Part shown: positions 16,565 through 26,010 of the stretch, piece by piece
Numbering within the stretch: the stretch's first letter is position 1
Layout: each line of letters begins with the position of its first letter
Origin: Candidatus Latescibacterota bacterium
GTDB taxonomy: Bacteria; Latescibacterota; UBA2968; UBA8231
Length of the DNA: 64,000 bases
Direction: 5' to 3'
Assembly: GCA_965261395.1 (NCBI GenBank)
Contig: OZ253462.1
Location: 2,464,001-2,528,000 of the forward strand
Notes under the pieces: model-generated
Seen by the model: only the letters and a program-made list of their open reading frames with translations
Told to the model about the DNA's origin: nothing
Database searches by the model: none
Program-made: the position numbers and the translations under genes

Positions 16565-18511
16565 ATGCCCCCAGACCCCCAGACCTCCCTCGCAATTCGC
16601 CTACCAGCGATGCTGACGGGCCTCGGACTCTGCGCGCTGATCGCCGTGGGGTTGCCCTATGGGGAATTCGTCATCAAGGGCACCCGGCTGGGTTTGAGCT
16701 CATCGACGCCGGCCGCCTTTTTCCTGCTCTTCTGGCTGCTCGCGCTGGTGCAACCGCTGCTGGGGCTAATGCGGCGGCACTGGGCGTTCAACCGCGCCGA
16801 ACTGCTGCTTATTACCGCGATGATGATGCTGGCAACGGCGATCCCATCGCGGGGCTTTACCGGTGCCGCGATCCCCGCCATTTCCAGTGTGCTCTATTAC
16901 GCGACCCCAGAAAACAACTGGGCAGAGCTGCTGGTGCCCCACATCCCCACCTGGCTGGTCGTCCAAGACGAGGTGGCGATCAAGCAGTTTTACGAGGGGC
17001 TACCCCGTGGCGAATCCATCCCCTATGGCGCTTGGGTCGAGCCGCTTTTCTGGTGGTTGCTCTTTATGGCCGCCTTCTATCTCGTGCTCATCTGCGCGAT
17101 GGTGATTATGCGGCGGCAGTGGATGGACCACGAGCGGTTGCTCTACCCGCTGGTCCAAGTGCCGTTGGGGATGATCGAGGACGGCCCGCAACCAGCGCGC
17201 ATAAAACCCTTTTTGCGCAATCCCATAATGTGGGCTGGCTTTGCGGTACCGGCGATCCTCAATACGATCAACTCCTTTAGCCACTACTACGAATTCGCGC
17301 CGCGCGTTGATCTCAACCTGCCGCTAGCCTTGGGGCACGACGCGGTTGTCTTGAGCATCCGGCTCAACTACCTGATGATGGGCCTGGCCTATTTTATCAA
17401 CACCGGAATTTCGGGCAGCTTGTGGTTTTTCTATCTGTTGGCCAAAGCCCAAGAATGGGCCTGTTCGACGCTGGGCATCTTCACCACCGAACAGCTCGAT
17501 GCCTACAGTCATGCCGGCCCCACCACGGGCATGTTGAGCCATCAGAGCATGGGCGCGATGGTTGCGCTGGTCGTCCTCGGGCTGTGGACGGCACGCGGGC
17601 ATCTAAAGGCCGTGTGGCAACAGGCCCGAGCCGGCGGCAGCGCAGCCGGGGAGCTGTTGTCCTACCGAACGGCCTTGGTCGGTTTGGTGGGCGGCCTCGT
17701 GGTCATGGGCTTGTGGCTGTGGCAGACGGGGCTGCCTTGGTGGGCGGTGGTGCTGTTTCTCGGCGCGGCGTTCGCCATCTTCTTCGCCCTTACCCGAGTG
17801 ATTGTCGAAGCTGGCCTCTCGTCGGCCGTGGAGGGGCTTTCGGGCGCGGGTTTTGTGGTCTCGGGCGTCGGCTCAACGGCGCTGGGGGCGACGGGGATGA
17901 TGGCACTGGGCTTTACGCTCGCTTGGGCGGGCGACCTGCTGGTCTTTATGATGGCCCCCTGCGCCAACGGCATCCGCATGTTGCATGGCTTAAAGGTCGG
18001 GCGGCGACGCGTCTTGGCGATGCTAACGGCGGCACTGGCCATCGGCCTTTTGGGCTCGATCTATGCGACCTTGAACTTGGGCTACCAGTACGGGGCGCTC
18101 AACCTGCACCGCCAGTACTTCTCCGGGCTTTTCGCCTTCGAGCCTTTTCGCCTTGCCGCCCGCTTCATCGAGACACCGACCGGACCCTATTGGCTGGGAT
18201 GGCTCTGGAACGGAGTGGGGGCCGCGGTTATGGCGCTTCTGCTGTGGGCGCGGCACCACTTGTTGTGGTGGCCTTTGCATCCCATCGGCTACGTGGCCAG
18301 CGGCACCTGGATCCTCGGCAATATCTGGTTCAGTATCTTTCTCGCTTGGCTGATTAAATCCGTCGTCTTGAAATACATGGGACCGAATGGCTACCGCTCG
18401 ACGCGCTGGTTCTTTTTGGGGGTGATACTCGGGCAATTCGCTTCGGGCGGGGCGTGGCTGGTCGTGGATGGCTTCACCGGCATGACGGGTAATGTAATTC
18501 GCATGTACTAA
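16565..18511 (+). CDS. Polytopic membrane protein, DUF6785/DUF6784-like putative transporter
   Basis: Many hydrophobic helices, with RRQWMDHERLLYPLVQVP, RVIVEAG and WWPLHPIGY motifs. Confidence 0.75.
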   Translation: MPPDPQTSLAIRLPAMLTGLGLCALIAVGLPYGEFVIKGTRLGLSSSTPAAFFLLFWLLALVQPLLGLMRRHWAFNRAELLLITAMMMLATAIPSRGFTGAAIPAISSVLYYATPENNWAELLVPHIPTWLVVQDEVAIKQFYEGLPRGESIPYGAWVEPLFWWLLFMAAFYLVLICAMVIMRRQWMDHERLLYPLVQVPLGMIEDGPQPARIKPFLRNPIMWAGFAVPAILNTINSFSHYYEFAPRVDLNLPLALGHDAVVLSIRLNYLMMGLAYFINTGISGSLWFFYLLAKAQEWACSTLGIFTTEQLDAYSHAGPTTGMLSHQSMGAMVALVVLGLWTARGHLKAVWQQARAGGSAAGELLSYRTALVGLVGGLVVMGLWLWQTGLPWWAVVLFLGAAFAIFFALTRVIVEAGLSSAVEGLSGAGFVVSGVGSTALGATGMMALGFTLAWAGDLLVFMMAPCANGIRMLHGLKVGRRRVLAMLTAALAIGLLGSIYATLNLGYQYGALNLHRQYFSGLFAFEPFRLAARFIETPTGPYWLGWLWNGVGAAVMALLLWARHHLLWWPLHPIGYVASGTWILGNIWFSIFLAWLIKSVVLKYMGPNGYRSTRWFFLGVILGQFASGGAWLVVDGFTGMTGNVIRMY

Positions 18512-18600
18512 CGGTGAGGGGCTGTACGCAGGATTTATTAGATGGCTTCTAACCAAATAAAGCCAAGAATTACATACAGTTAGTCGTATTGGCAAAAAAC

Positions 18601-18628
18601 TTGACACCCGCCTAGCCGTTGGTTAAAT
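18601..18628 (+). promoter_or_regulatory. Putative sigma70 promoter of the surface-protein operon
   Basis: TTGACA (18601-06), 16 bp, TTAAAT (18623-28), preceded by an AT-rich tract. Confidence 0.45.
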
Positions 18629-18636
18629 CAAACAGC

Positions 18637-20238
18637 ATGTTTATCGCTACTCCCCGCTCCCTGTGGCGCGCTATCGCCCTCTTGGCTCTGTTTGGCTGCG
18701 GGCCAGACGACCCGGTCGTGGCCCAAGTCGGCGACGTGGCCCTTACCAAGGCCGAGTACCTGCGCTTTGTCGAGCGCTTGCCGTCCGGCTTGCAGAGCGA
18801 ATCTGCGCGCGACCACCTACAGTCTCTCGTCGATCAGGAACTGCTGCTGCAAGAGGCCCGCGCTAGGGGGATCGAGCAAAGCGATGAGGTCCGCTACCAG
18901 CTAAACGCCCTCGTCCGCAAGCAGCTCTCCCAGCGCTACCAAGCCGAAGTGCTCGCGCCCCAAGTCGAGGTGACGCCCGAGGAAGTCGAGCGCACCTTCG
19001 TCGATATGGGCTTTGACCGCGAGCGGCTCTTTGCGCGGATTCTGGTGCGGCAGCAGCGAGATGTGGACCGCGTATTGCAGGCCCTGCACGAGGGCGAGCC
19101 TTTCGCCGAACTAGCGCAGCGCTTTGCGGCCAACGACCTCTTTGCCCCACAGGGCGACGGAGTCGTCGGTTGGATTGGGCGCACCCAAGCGCAGCGCTTT
19201 GCCATTCCACCGCAGACCTTCCTCTCGCTGCCGGTCGGTCAAATCGCCGAGCCACTGCCACTGGCGGGCGGCTGGCAGATCTACCGCTTTGTCGAAGACC
19301 GACCAGCCGACAAGGCCGACTACGCGCAAGAAGCCGCCAGCGCGGCGCACCGCGAAAAATGGCAGAGTCGCCTGCAAATCGAAGTGGAAACCCTGAGCCG
19401 CTCCTTGGACCTACAGTTGAATCACGAGGGCCTGCAAGCCTTGCTGGCCGCGCCGAATCCCGCGGATTCGCTCGCCGCGCTGCCGCTCTATCGCTTTGAC
19501 GGCGGGGCGATCTCCTTGGGCGAATACCTCTACAACCTGCGCTCGATCGGCTTCCGGGGTGCGTTGCAAGACAGCGCACAGGTCGTCTCGTTGGCCCGCG
19601 CCGCGCTCTTGCCAGCCTACCTGATGGCCGTGGCGGCCCAACGGCGCGGATGGGACCAAGAGGCCGAATTTGCCGAGTGGCGCGAGCGCAAGCGCAAGAC
19701 CCTCGTTTTACAGCAGCTTACCAAGGCAGAAACAGCGACCAAGGCCGCCCCCAGCGAGGAAGAAGTCGCCGCGTACTACGAGGCGAACAAGACGCGCTTC
19801 CGCACGGCCGAATCCGTCCACATCAACCAGCTCCTCGCCCCCACCCGCGAGCAGGCCCAAGAGTTGCGCGAAGCCCTCGCAAACGGCAGCACCGTCGCTG
19901 AGCTGTTGGCCCGGCCGGGCGTCGAAACCCACGGCGACCCACACGACGGAGCGCTCCACCTGCGCAAGGTGGTGCGGGCGCGCTATCCCCAGCTCGTGGA
20001 TGCGGCCTTTGCTGCGGAGGTCGGCGAATGGGACGGGCCAGTGGAGGTGTTGGACCGCTTTGCCGTGTTCCGGGTGCACCACAAGGAGGGTGGCGACATC
20101 CAACCCTTCGCCCAAGCCCAAGCGCGAGCGCGGGCCATCTTGGCAGCAAGGCGCAGGGACGAGCTCATGGACGCGCTCATCCAACGCCTGCGCGCCGAGC
20201 GCGCAAGCCAAGTCGCCTTATTCGCCGAGCGCTTGTAA
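18637..20238 (+). CDS. SurA/PrsA-like peptidyl-prolyl isomerase lipoprotein (two parvulin-like domains)
   Basis: Lipobox LLALFGC, VVAQVG, LVDQELLLQEARARGI, GEPFAELAQRF, EEEVAAYYEANK..F and V.AAF...VGE. Confidence 0.85.
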   Translation: MFIATPRSLWRAIALLALFGCGPDDPVVAQVGDVALTKAEYLRFVERLPSGLQSESARDHLQSLVDQELLLQEARARGIEQSDEVRYQLNALVRKQLSQRYQAEVLAPQVEVTPEEVERTFVDMGFDRERLFARILVRQQRDVDRVLQALHEGEPFAELAQRFAANDLFAPQGDGVVGWIGRTQAQRFAIPPQTFLSLPVGQIAEPLPLAGGWQIYRFVEDRPADKADYAQEAASAAHREKWQSRLQIEVETLSRSLDLQLNHEGLQALLAAPNPADSLAALPLYRFDGGAISLGEYLYNLRSIGFRGALQDSAQVVSLARAALLPAYLMAVAAQRRGWDQEAEFAEWRERKRKTLVLQQLTKAETATKAAPSEEEVAAYYEANKTRFRTAESVHINQLLAPTREQAQELREALANGSTVAELLARPGVETHGDPHDGALHLRKVVRARYPQLVDAAFAAEVGEWDGPVEVLDRFAVFRVHHKEGGDIQPFAQAQARARAILAARRRDELMDALIQRLRAERASQVALFAERL

Positions 20239-20250
20239 GGAGGTGCTATT

Positions 20251-23200
20251 GTGGTAAAAACCAAATGGTGTATCCTCGCCTACTGCCTGTTGTGGGCATG
20301 GCTGCCAGCCAGCGCACAGCAAGGGTACGACATCGTCGATGACCGCATTGTCGTCACTGGACGCAGCCACTGGGCGCACTGGAAAAAACCCGCACACCTG
20401 ACTGCTATCGACAACTCGGGCGCAGTGCGTCCGCGGCACCTGCGCTCGATCTACAACGTCCTCGCCGACCCCAGTATCGCCCGTCCGGTAGTGATCACCA
20501 ACAAAGACCCGCGCATCCTCAATGTGGATAGCACCCTGAAAGTAGATGTGCTCGGCCAACCCATCCAAGACGCCCAGAAAAAATTCGTCTACGACTATCT
20601 GGTGCGGCCCGGGGTCAGCCGCGCTGGCTCCAACATCGAGATGGCGGCCCGCATCGTCGACGGCGATCCGACCACTTTCTGGGAGCCAGACCCGAACGAC
20701 CCCATCGAGCAGTGGTGGGTCGAGGTAGATCTGGGCCGCGCCGTACCCGTGGAGGGCATTTCCGTGCGCTTCGTCAATGAGGAGCTAGGCGATCCGTTTT
20801 TCAAGTACCTCCTCCTCTTGGCACGGAACCAGACGCTATCGCTTACCGACGACCGCAAGGTCAGTTTCGAGCTGTTCGTCCCCCACGAAGGGCCCAATAC
20901 CCAGCAGCGCACCTTCTTCTTTGAAAGTGCCGCCGCAACCGGGGGAGCGGTTCTTGCGACCCCGGTCAACCCCGGCCTCGTAGATCCTTCCGGCGGCATT
21001 AGCAGTGTCAAGAAACTGCGACAAAACAGCGCCGACCCGGCCTGGACCGGCAAGGTCATCGAAACCATCCGCATCGTAATCACCGATACACGCGGCGGAC
21101 GGGCCGAGCAAATCGACCAAGCCGCGTGGGAGGCGCTGCCAGCGCAGGAACGCGGCGACATCGTCCACTTCGTGCGCGACTTCGCCGGCCGCGAAGAGCC
21201 GGTGGACGCCGAAACCTACGAGTCCTTGGAGGAAGAGCGCCAGGGCCGCCGCGAATTCTACCGCCGCGAATTGCCGCGCTTGGCCGAGGTCGAGGCGTGG
21301 GGCTGGGGAGACAACATTAGCTTGGGCCTGCTCGAAGGGGGAGGCACGTTAGACTTAACCTCGGCTGGCAAAACGCCTGGACCGGCCTTCGACGGGGACA
21401 TTGGCAGCAGTTATCAGCAACCCACCCAAGACCCCCTCAACCCAGGTGCCAACGTGCTGACCATTGATATAGGCGGCACGGTGTGGCTAGACCAAGTCCG
21501 CGTCATCGGCGGCAATATCCGCGGCTACGAAATGCGGTCGTCAACCGGAGAACGCGACGCCCAAGGCAAGCTGCGCTGGCGCGCGATTGCGCCGCCAGCG
21601 CGAGTAAAAAACGTCGATAACGGGTTCTTCGGCTACCTCAACGATGTGCAGGACCCCGTGCGTAAGGTGCGCTTCCTCGACCTCCTGACCCTGGCCAATT
21701 TCATCGGCGACACCGAAAACCGCTCGGATCGCTTCTGGGCCCGATTCAGCGAGCTGATGCTCTTCGCCGAGGGCGTGCCTGCGGCAATCGGGCTGGAATC
21801 CGCTCTGATTGAACTGCCCGGGCTGGTGACCTTGGGCAGTATTCACTGGGAGGCTGACACGCCGCCTGGCACCAAAGTCGAACTTCGCACCCGCACCGGC
21901 GACCAGCTCATCCAGCAGGTGCGCTTCTACGACAGCAATGGCATCGAAAAGACCGCAGCCGAACACAAAAAGCTCCTCGCCTTCCTCAAAGGGCCAATCG
22001 ACACGTCCTTCGCACTAGGCCCGGGCTGGAGCCCTTGGAGCCAGCAGTACCAGCAGTCCGGCGACCCGGTGACGTCGCCCAGCCTGCGCAAGCTCATGCA
22101 AATCCAGGCCCGCCTGCTCAGCGAGGACCGCCAAATCGCACCAGCGCTACAGAGCATCTCCGTAGAGCTACACACTCCGGTCGCCCTCGGGCTGCGAGCC
22201 GAAGTCTGGCCGCCCGAGGCCCAAGTGGGAATTCTGGACACGTTCGAGGTCTTCGTCCAACCCCAGTTCCTAGAGCAGCCCATCTCTGTCCGCAGCCTCG
22301 GATTCGACGAGGTCCTCATCAGCGCCGATCCGGGTCTCGATATGCAGCTTATCGATGTGGCACTAGGCACCGAGGAGCAGTTTGCGGCCGGAGCGCCGCA
22401 ATCGCTCTTGGACCTTACAAGCACCGACGGCCAGATACTACAAGGCGACTCGCTCCTGGTGCGCCTCCCGGAGGTTGCCAGCGCGACCGACGAGCTACCG
22501 CAGCTATACTTCCGCACGGCTGCCGATGGCGAGGAAGTGCCCACCAGCATCGACGGCCAGCTTCTGACGGCGACCTCGCACGCCCTACTCCCAGACGCCG
22601 TGCGCGGCGCGGTGCGCTACTTCCGCAGTGCCGGAGAGGAGCTGGTGGAAGTCGATCGAGCGGCCTACGACGAGCTGTCGCCCGAGTCCCAAGGGCCCGT
22701 GCGCTACTTCCGCAAGATTGTCGGTTTGGGTAGCCAGACGCTTTTCGACGAGGCCGGCGACACGCTCAGCGCGGCCCAGTACAGCCGGCTAGGCCGTGCC
22801 AGAGGGTGGGTCGTCGGTCGCGGCCGACTCGTGCGCCTGCGCTTCGCATCCAAGGTCTTCCTCCACGGCACCAAGCTGAAGGTGGCGGTGCGCAACCAAG
22901 CGGCCAGCACGCCCTATCAGCCCGCCGACGCCGGCGACGCCACCGCGCTGCGGCCGTCGCAAACCCTGTCGATCGCCGCGCTCGGTGCCAAGCAAATCGT
23001 CGCCGACATCTCGGTTGCGCCCAATCCCTTCACGCCCAACGGCGACCTCGTAAACGACGTCGCCCAAATCGAGTTCTCGCTGTTCAAAGTCTATGCCGAG
23101 CGGCCGGCGGCCGTCCGCATTTGGGCACTCGACGGCCGGCCCATGCGCCTGCTAGAGGGCACGGCTCAAGGCGGCCACCAGCGCTTTACCTGGGACGGCA

Positions 23201-23319
23201 AGGACGACCACGGCCGCGTCGTGCCGCCCGGACTCTACATCTGCCAGATCGACGTGGACATCGACGTCGAAGACAGCGCCGGACAACGGCGATCCCACCT
23301 TATCGCGGTAGCCTATTAG
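20251..23319 (+). CDS. Family B secreted protein B1 (discoidin/galactose-binding-like parts, C-terminal FlgD-Ig/TPNGD sorting domain)
   Basis: Signal peptide (ASA-QQ), IVDGDPTTFW..WVEVDLG, LRTRTGD, WSPWS, PNPFTPNGDLVND, WDGKD..G.VVPPGLY and terminal IAVAY. GTG start after AAGGAGG. Confidence 0.8.
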   Translation: MVKTKWCILAYCLLWAWLPASAQQGYDIVDDRIVVTGRSHWAHWKKPAHLTAIDNSGAVRPRHLRSIYNVLADPSIARPVVITNKDPRILNVDSTLKVDVLGQPIQDAQKKFVYDYLVRPGVSRAGSNIEMAARIVDGDPTTFWEPDPNDPIEQWWVEVDLGRAVPVEGISVRFVNEELGDPFFKYLLLLARNQTLSLTDDRKVSFELFVPHEGPNTQQRTFFFESAAATGGAVLATPVNPGLVDPSGGISSVKKLRQNSADPAWTGKVIETIRIVITDTRGGRAEQIDQAAWEALPAQERGDIVHFVRDFAGREEPVDAETYESLEEERQGRREFYRRELPRLAEVEAWGWGDNISLGLLEGGGTLDLTSAGKTPGPAFDGDIGSSYQQPTQDPLNPGANVLTIDIGGTVWLDQVRVIGGNIRGYEMRSSTGERDAQGKLRWRAIAPPARVKNVDNGFFGYLNDVQDPVRKVRFLDLLTLANFIGDTENRSDRFWARFSELMLFAEGVPAAIGLESALIELPGLVTLGSIHWEADTPPGTKVELRTRTGDQLIQQVRFYDSNGIEKTAAEHKKLLAFLKGPIDTSFALGPGWSPWSQQYQQSGDPVTSPSLRKLMQIQARLLSEDRQIAPALQSISVELHTPVALGLRAEVWPPEAQVGILDTFEVFVQPQFLEQPISVRSLGFDEVLISADPGLDMQLIDVALGTEEQFAAGAPQSLLDLTSTDGQILQGDSLLVRLPEVASATDELPQLYFRTAADGEEVPTSIDGQLLTATSHALLPDAVRGAVRYFRSAGEELVEVDRAAYDELSPESQGPVRYFRKIVGLGSQTLFDEAGDTLSAAQYSRLGRARGWVVGRGRLVRLRFASKVFLHGTKLKVAVRNQAASTPYQPADAGDATALRPSQTLSIAALGAKQIVADISVAPNPFTPNGDLVNDVAQIEFSLFKVYAERPAAVRIWALDGRPMRLLEGTAQGGHQRFTWDGKDDHGRVVPPGLYICQIDVDIDVEDSAGQRRSHLIAVAY

Positions 23320-23337
23320 GGGCGAAAAGAGAGCACC

Positions 23338-26007
23338 ATGCACAATGTTACTGTCAGAATAAGCATCGTTTTGCTACTGGTCGCCGCCGGAGCGGCCCAA
23401 GAGGCAGTCGGCCAAGTCGATTACAGCTCGCGCCTAGGGCTGCAACAGGGCGACGAGACCTCCTTTGCGCCCCAAGGGCCGGACGTCATGCTCGGCGTCC
23501 TCGCCCCAGCGGTGCGCCGCTGGTACGTGCCGCAGGAACTCTACAAAGAGTACCACTGGCGCCAATGGCAGTACACCAACTACGCCCGCAACCCCTACCA
23601 GCGCTACGTCGATATCAGCCTCGAAGGCGACTACTTTTACGACTTGTACGGCAATTTTCTCACTCGCGGCTGGTTGATCTTCAACAACTCCCAGAGCAAG
23701 CCCCAGCAGTTCGGCAACTCGCTTATCAAGTCCAACCGCTTCCAACAGTGGTTTTCCGACGTGGTCATCGCCTCAGACGCCAAAGGCCAATACTTCTACA
23801 CCTTGACAACCAGTGCGCAGATGCGTTCGGTGATCTCGCCAATGGTCTTTTCTAAGCCGCGTATGGACGGCGTGCAGTTCGACCTCGCCACCGACCGCTA
23901 CGAAGGGACGCTCATCTATTCGCGCCTGAGCAATCCAGGCGGCTCGACCACCGAAGATCAAGAAGTACTCCGCACCAACAACACCACGCTCTTTGGCGGG
24001 CGCTTCGCCTACCAGCTCAGCGACGCCTTGCAATTGGGCCTGCACGCGGTCAACGCCCACCAGTCGAACACGCTGTCGGACCGCCTAGTGGGCAACCCGT
24101 TTTCCGGTGCCTTGACCGTGGCCCAAAACAAGACCGTGTCGCTGATTCAGATCGTCCTGCGCGACGATTCCCCGGGCGACCAAACGGGTGGAGCCGCTTT
24201 CTTTGAGGCCGGCTCGGACATCCTGATTACCTACGAGGACGGCACCGTCGATGCCGGCAAAGACATCCAGTTCGAGCCGGTCATCGAGGGCGGCTTTGTC
24301 CAGCAGGGCTATATCGCCGCCAACGGCCCCGAGGAGATCCGCCTGAGCTACGACTTCGACAGCCCGGCCTTTGTCGATCGGGCCTCGTTTCCCAAAGAGG
24401 ACATCGTCAAAGTCGAGTTCCGGCTGGTGCTGGGCAACGACTATCAGGTCTGGATGACCTCCGACCGCCAAGTCAACCGCGACGGGGAAGCCGTGCTGTT
24501 GCTGATGGCTCAAGCCGAGGGCAACGTGCAAGACATCACCAATTTGCAGACCGTCCGCTTCGAGTACGGCCTGCCGACGGCTACCCACATCTTCGGCGGC
24601 AACATCGAAATACGCGACTACAAGGGCTTTGACCTGTACGCCGAATACGACCTGAGCGTGAGCTACCGCAAGTATCCCAACGTCCTGCGCGACGAGCATC
24701 GCACTGCATCCGGCATCGGCGGTCGCCGCCGGGCACCGGCTTGGATGGTGAACGCGTCCAAAAAGGCCGCCCCCTTCTTTGCCTTTGGCGAGGCGTACAG
24801 CATGGATCCGCTCTACAATACGCGGACCTTCGTCACCACGGGCACGGGCGAAATCAACTACGACAGCGAGCGTGAAGGCATCGTCGAACTAGTCGAAGAC
24901 AACGACGACCAAGACCGCTTCCCCGACACGGTGCGCTTTGACTGGCTCCAGGGCGATTCTCAGGTCTTCCCGGGCTGGGACCAAAACAACGACTTCGTGC
25001 CCGACATCAACCAAAACGACAACTTCGTGCGCTCCAACGCCGTGCCCGACTACGAAGAGCCTTTCCTGCGCTTCCATTCCGACCGCCCGGAATTCCTCTT
25101 CGGGATGGACATGAACAACAACTTCTGGATCGACCAATACGAAAACGACGAAGAGCCAGATTACCCCTACCGCCGCGACCATCGCGGGTACAATGTGTAC
25201 GGCGGTGCGGACCTGACGCCGAGGCTCAAGGTGATGGTCGGCGCGCTGCGCGAAGAGCTCATCTCGTCGAACCAGCAAAACAAGAGCACCTACGCCCTCG
25301 CAACGTACGACAACGATTCTCCGCGCTTTGGGCGCTTGCGCTTCTTTGAAATGAGCAAATTGGTACAAGACGACATCCCCAATTCCCTCTTGCAGTGGGC
25401 ACCGGAGAACACCCTGCGCGGCGGCGAGTTGACCAAAGTTGAAGATCCCCTATTAGCCCGCGACACTTGGGTCAACCAGCTCTTTGTGGGGCACAACGTA
25501 CAGTCTGCCTCCTATAAAGTGCAGACCAAACTCAATTACGTGCGCTTTCGCCAGCTAATGAGCGATGCTCGCCGGCAGGCCCTAGAACTGGACGAGCAGG
25601 ACTTCTTCTTTGGGCTGATCAACAAGGCCAGCTACCGCTATGCTTTAGGCCAGTTGAGCTTGGAGCCGCGCTGGAAGAGCGAGTTCCGCAAGCAGTCGCG
25701 CAGCCTCTTCGCCACAGAGCACTCCACCAGTCTCTACGAGCTTTTTTCGGTCGTCGCTGAAACCCGCGTCCTGCGAGCTACCCGGCTCCAAACGGGCATC
25801 GAGTACCTGATTTTTAACGATTTCGACATCGATGCCAACGACTTCAACTCCATTACCGGCGCGTTTCAATTTACCAATCAGTCTCAGTACTTGGGTTATA
25901 GCCTCCACGCCCTAGCCGGGCTGCGCATCGAGCGCCAGGACTTCAAGGAGAGAGAGGCGCGGTACACGAGTCAGACCTTTATAACGATCTACGCAGGATT
26001 GGAATAG
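23338..26007 (+). CDS. Family A secreted protein A1, putative outer-membrane beta-barrel with Asp/Asn-rich insert
   Basis: Signal peptide, PAVRRWYVPQELY..WRQWQYTNYAR, EDNDDQDRFPD..FPGWDQNND..PDYEEPFLRF, amphipathic strands and terminal FITIYAGLE. Confidence 0.75.
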   Translation: MHNVTVRISIVLLLVAAGAAQEAVGQVDYSSRLGLQQGDETSFAPQGPDVMLGVLAPAVRRWYVPQELYKEYHWRQWQYTNYARNPYQRYVDISLEGDYFYDLYGNFLTRGWLIFNNSQSKPQQFGNSLIKSNRFQQWFSDVVIASDAKGQYFYTLTTSAQMRSVISPMVFSKPRMDGVQFDLATDRYEGTLIYSRLSNPGGSTTEDQEVLRTNNTTLFGGRFAYQLSDALQLGLHAVNAHQSNTLSDRLVGNPFSGALTVAQNKTVSLIQIVLRDDSPGDQTGGAAFFEAGSDILITYEDGTVDAGKDIQFEPVIEGGFVQQGYIAANGPEEIRLSYDFDSPAFVDRASFPKEDIVKVEFRLVLGNDYQVWMTSDRQVNRDGEAVLLLMAQAEGNVQDITNLQTVRFEYGLPTATHIFGGNIEIRDYKGFDLYAEYDLSVSYRKYPNVLRDEHRTASGIGGRRRAPAWMVNASKKAAPFFAFGEAYSMDPLYNTRTFVTTGTGEINYDSEREGIVELVEDNDDQDRFPDTVRFDWLQGDSQVFPGWDQNNDFVPDINQNDNFVRSNAVPDYEEPFLRFHSDRPEFLFGMDMNNNFWIDQYENDEEPDYPYRRDHRGYNVYGGADLTPRLKVMVGALREELISSNQQNKSTYALATYDNDSPRFGRLRFFEMSKLVQDDIPNSLLQWAPENTLRGGELTKVEDPLLARDTWVNQLFVGHNVQSASYKVQTKLNYVRFRQLMSDARRQALELDEQDFFFGLINKASYRYALGQLSLEPRWKSEFRKQSRSLFATEHSTSLYELFSVVAETRVLRATRLQTGIEYLIFNDFDIDANDFNSITGAFQFTNQSQYLGYSLHALAGLRIERQDFKEREARYTSQTFITIYAGLE

Positions 26008-26010
26008 CGC

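Noticed and set aside
22806-23855. Long Arg/Pro-rich alternative-frame and antisense ORFs (also 17422-18357, 4551-5426, 34777-35589, 49197-50108, 59236-60159, 61010-61951)
   Set aside because: These are shadow ORFs expected in high-GC coding DNA; they overlap well-supported genes and show no motifs.
23338-26007. Family A as TonB-dependent receptors (SusC-like)
   Set aside because: No recognisable TonB box, plug motifs or terminal Phe signature; left unassigned pending structure prediction.
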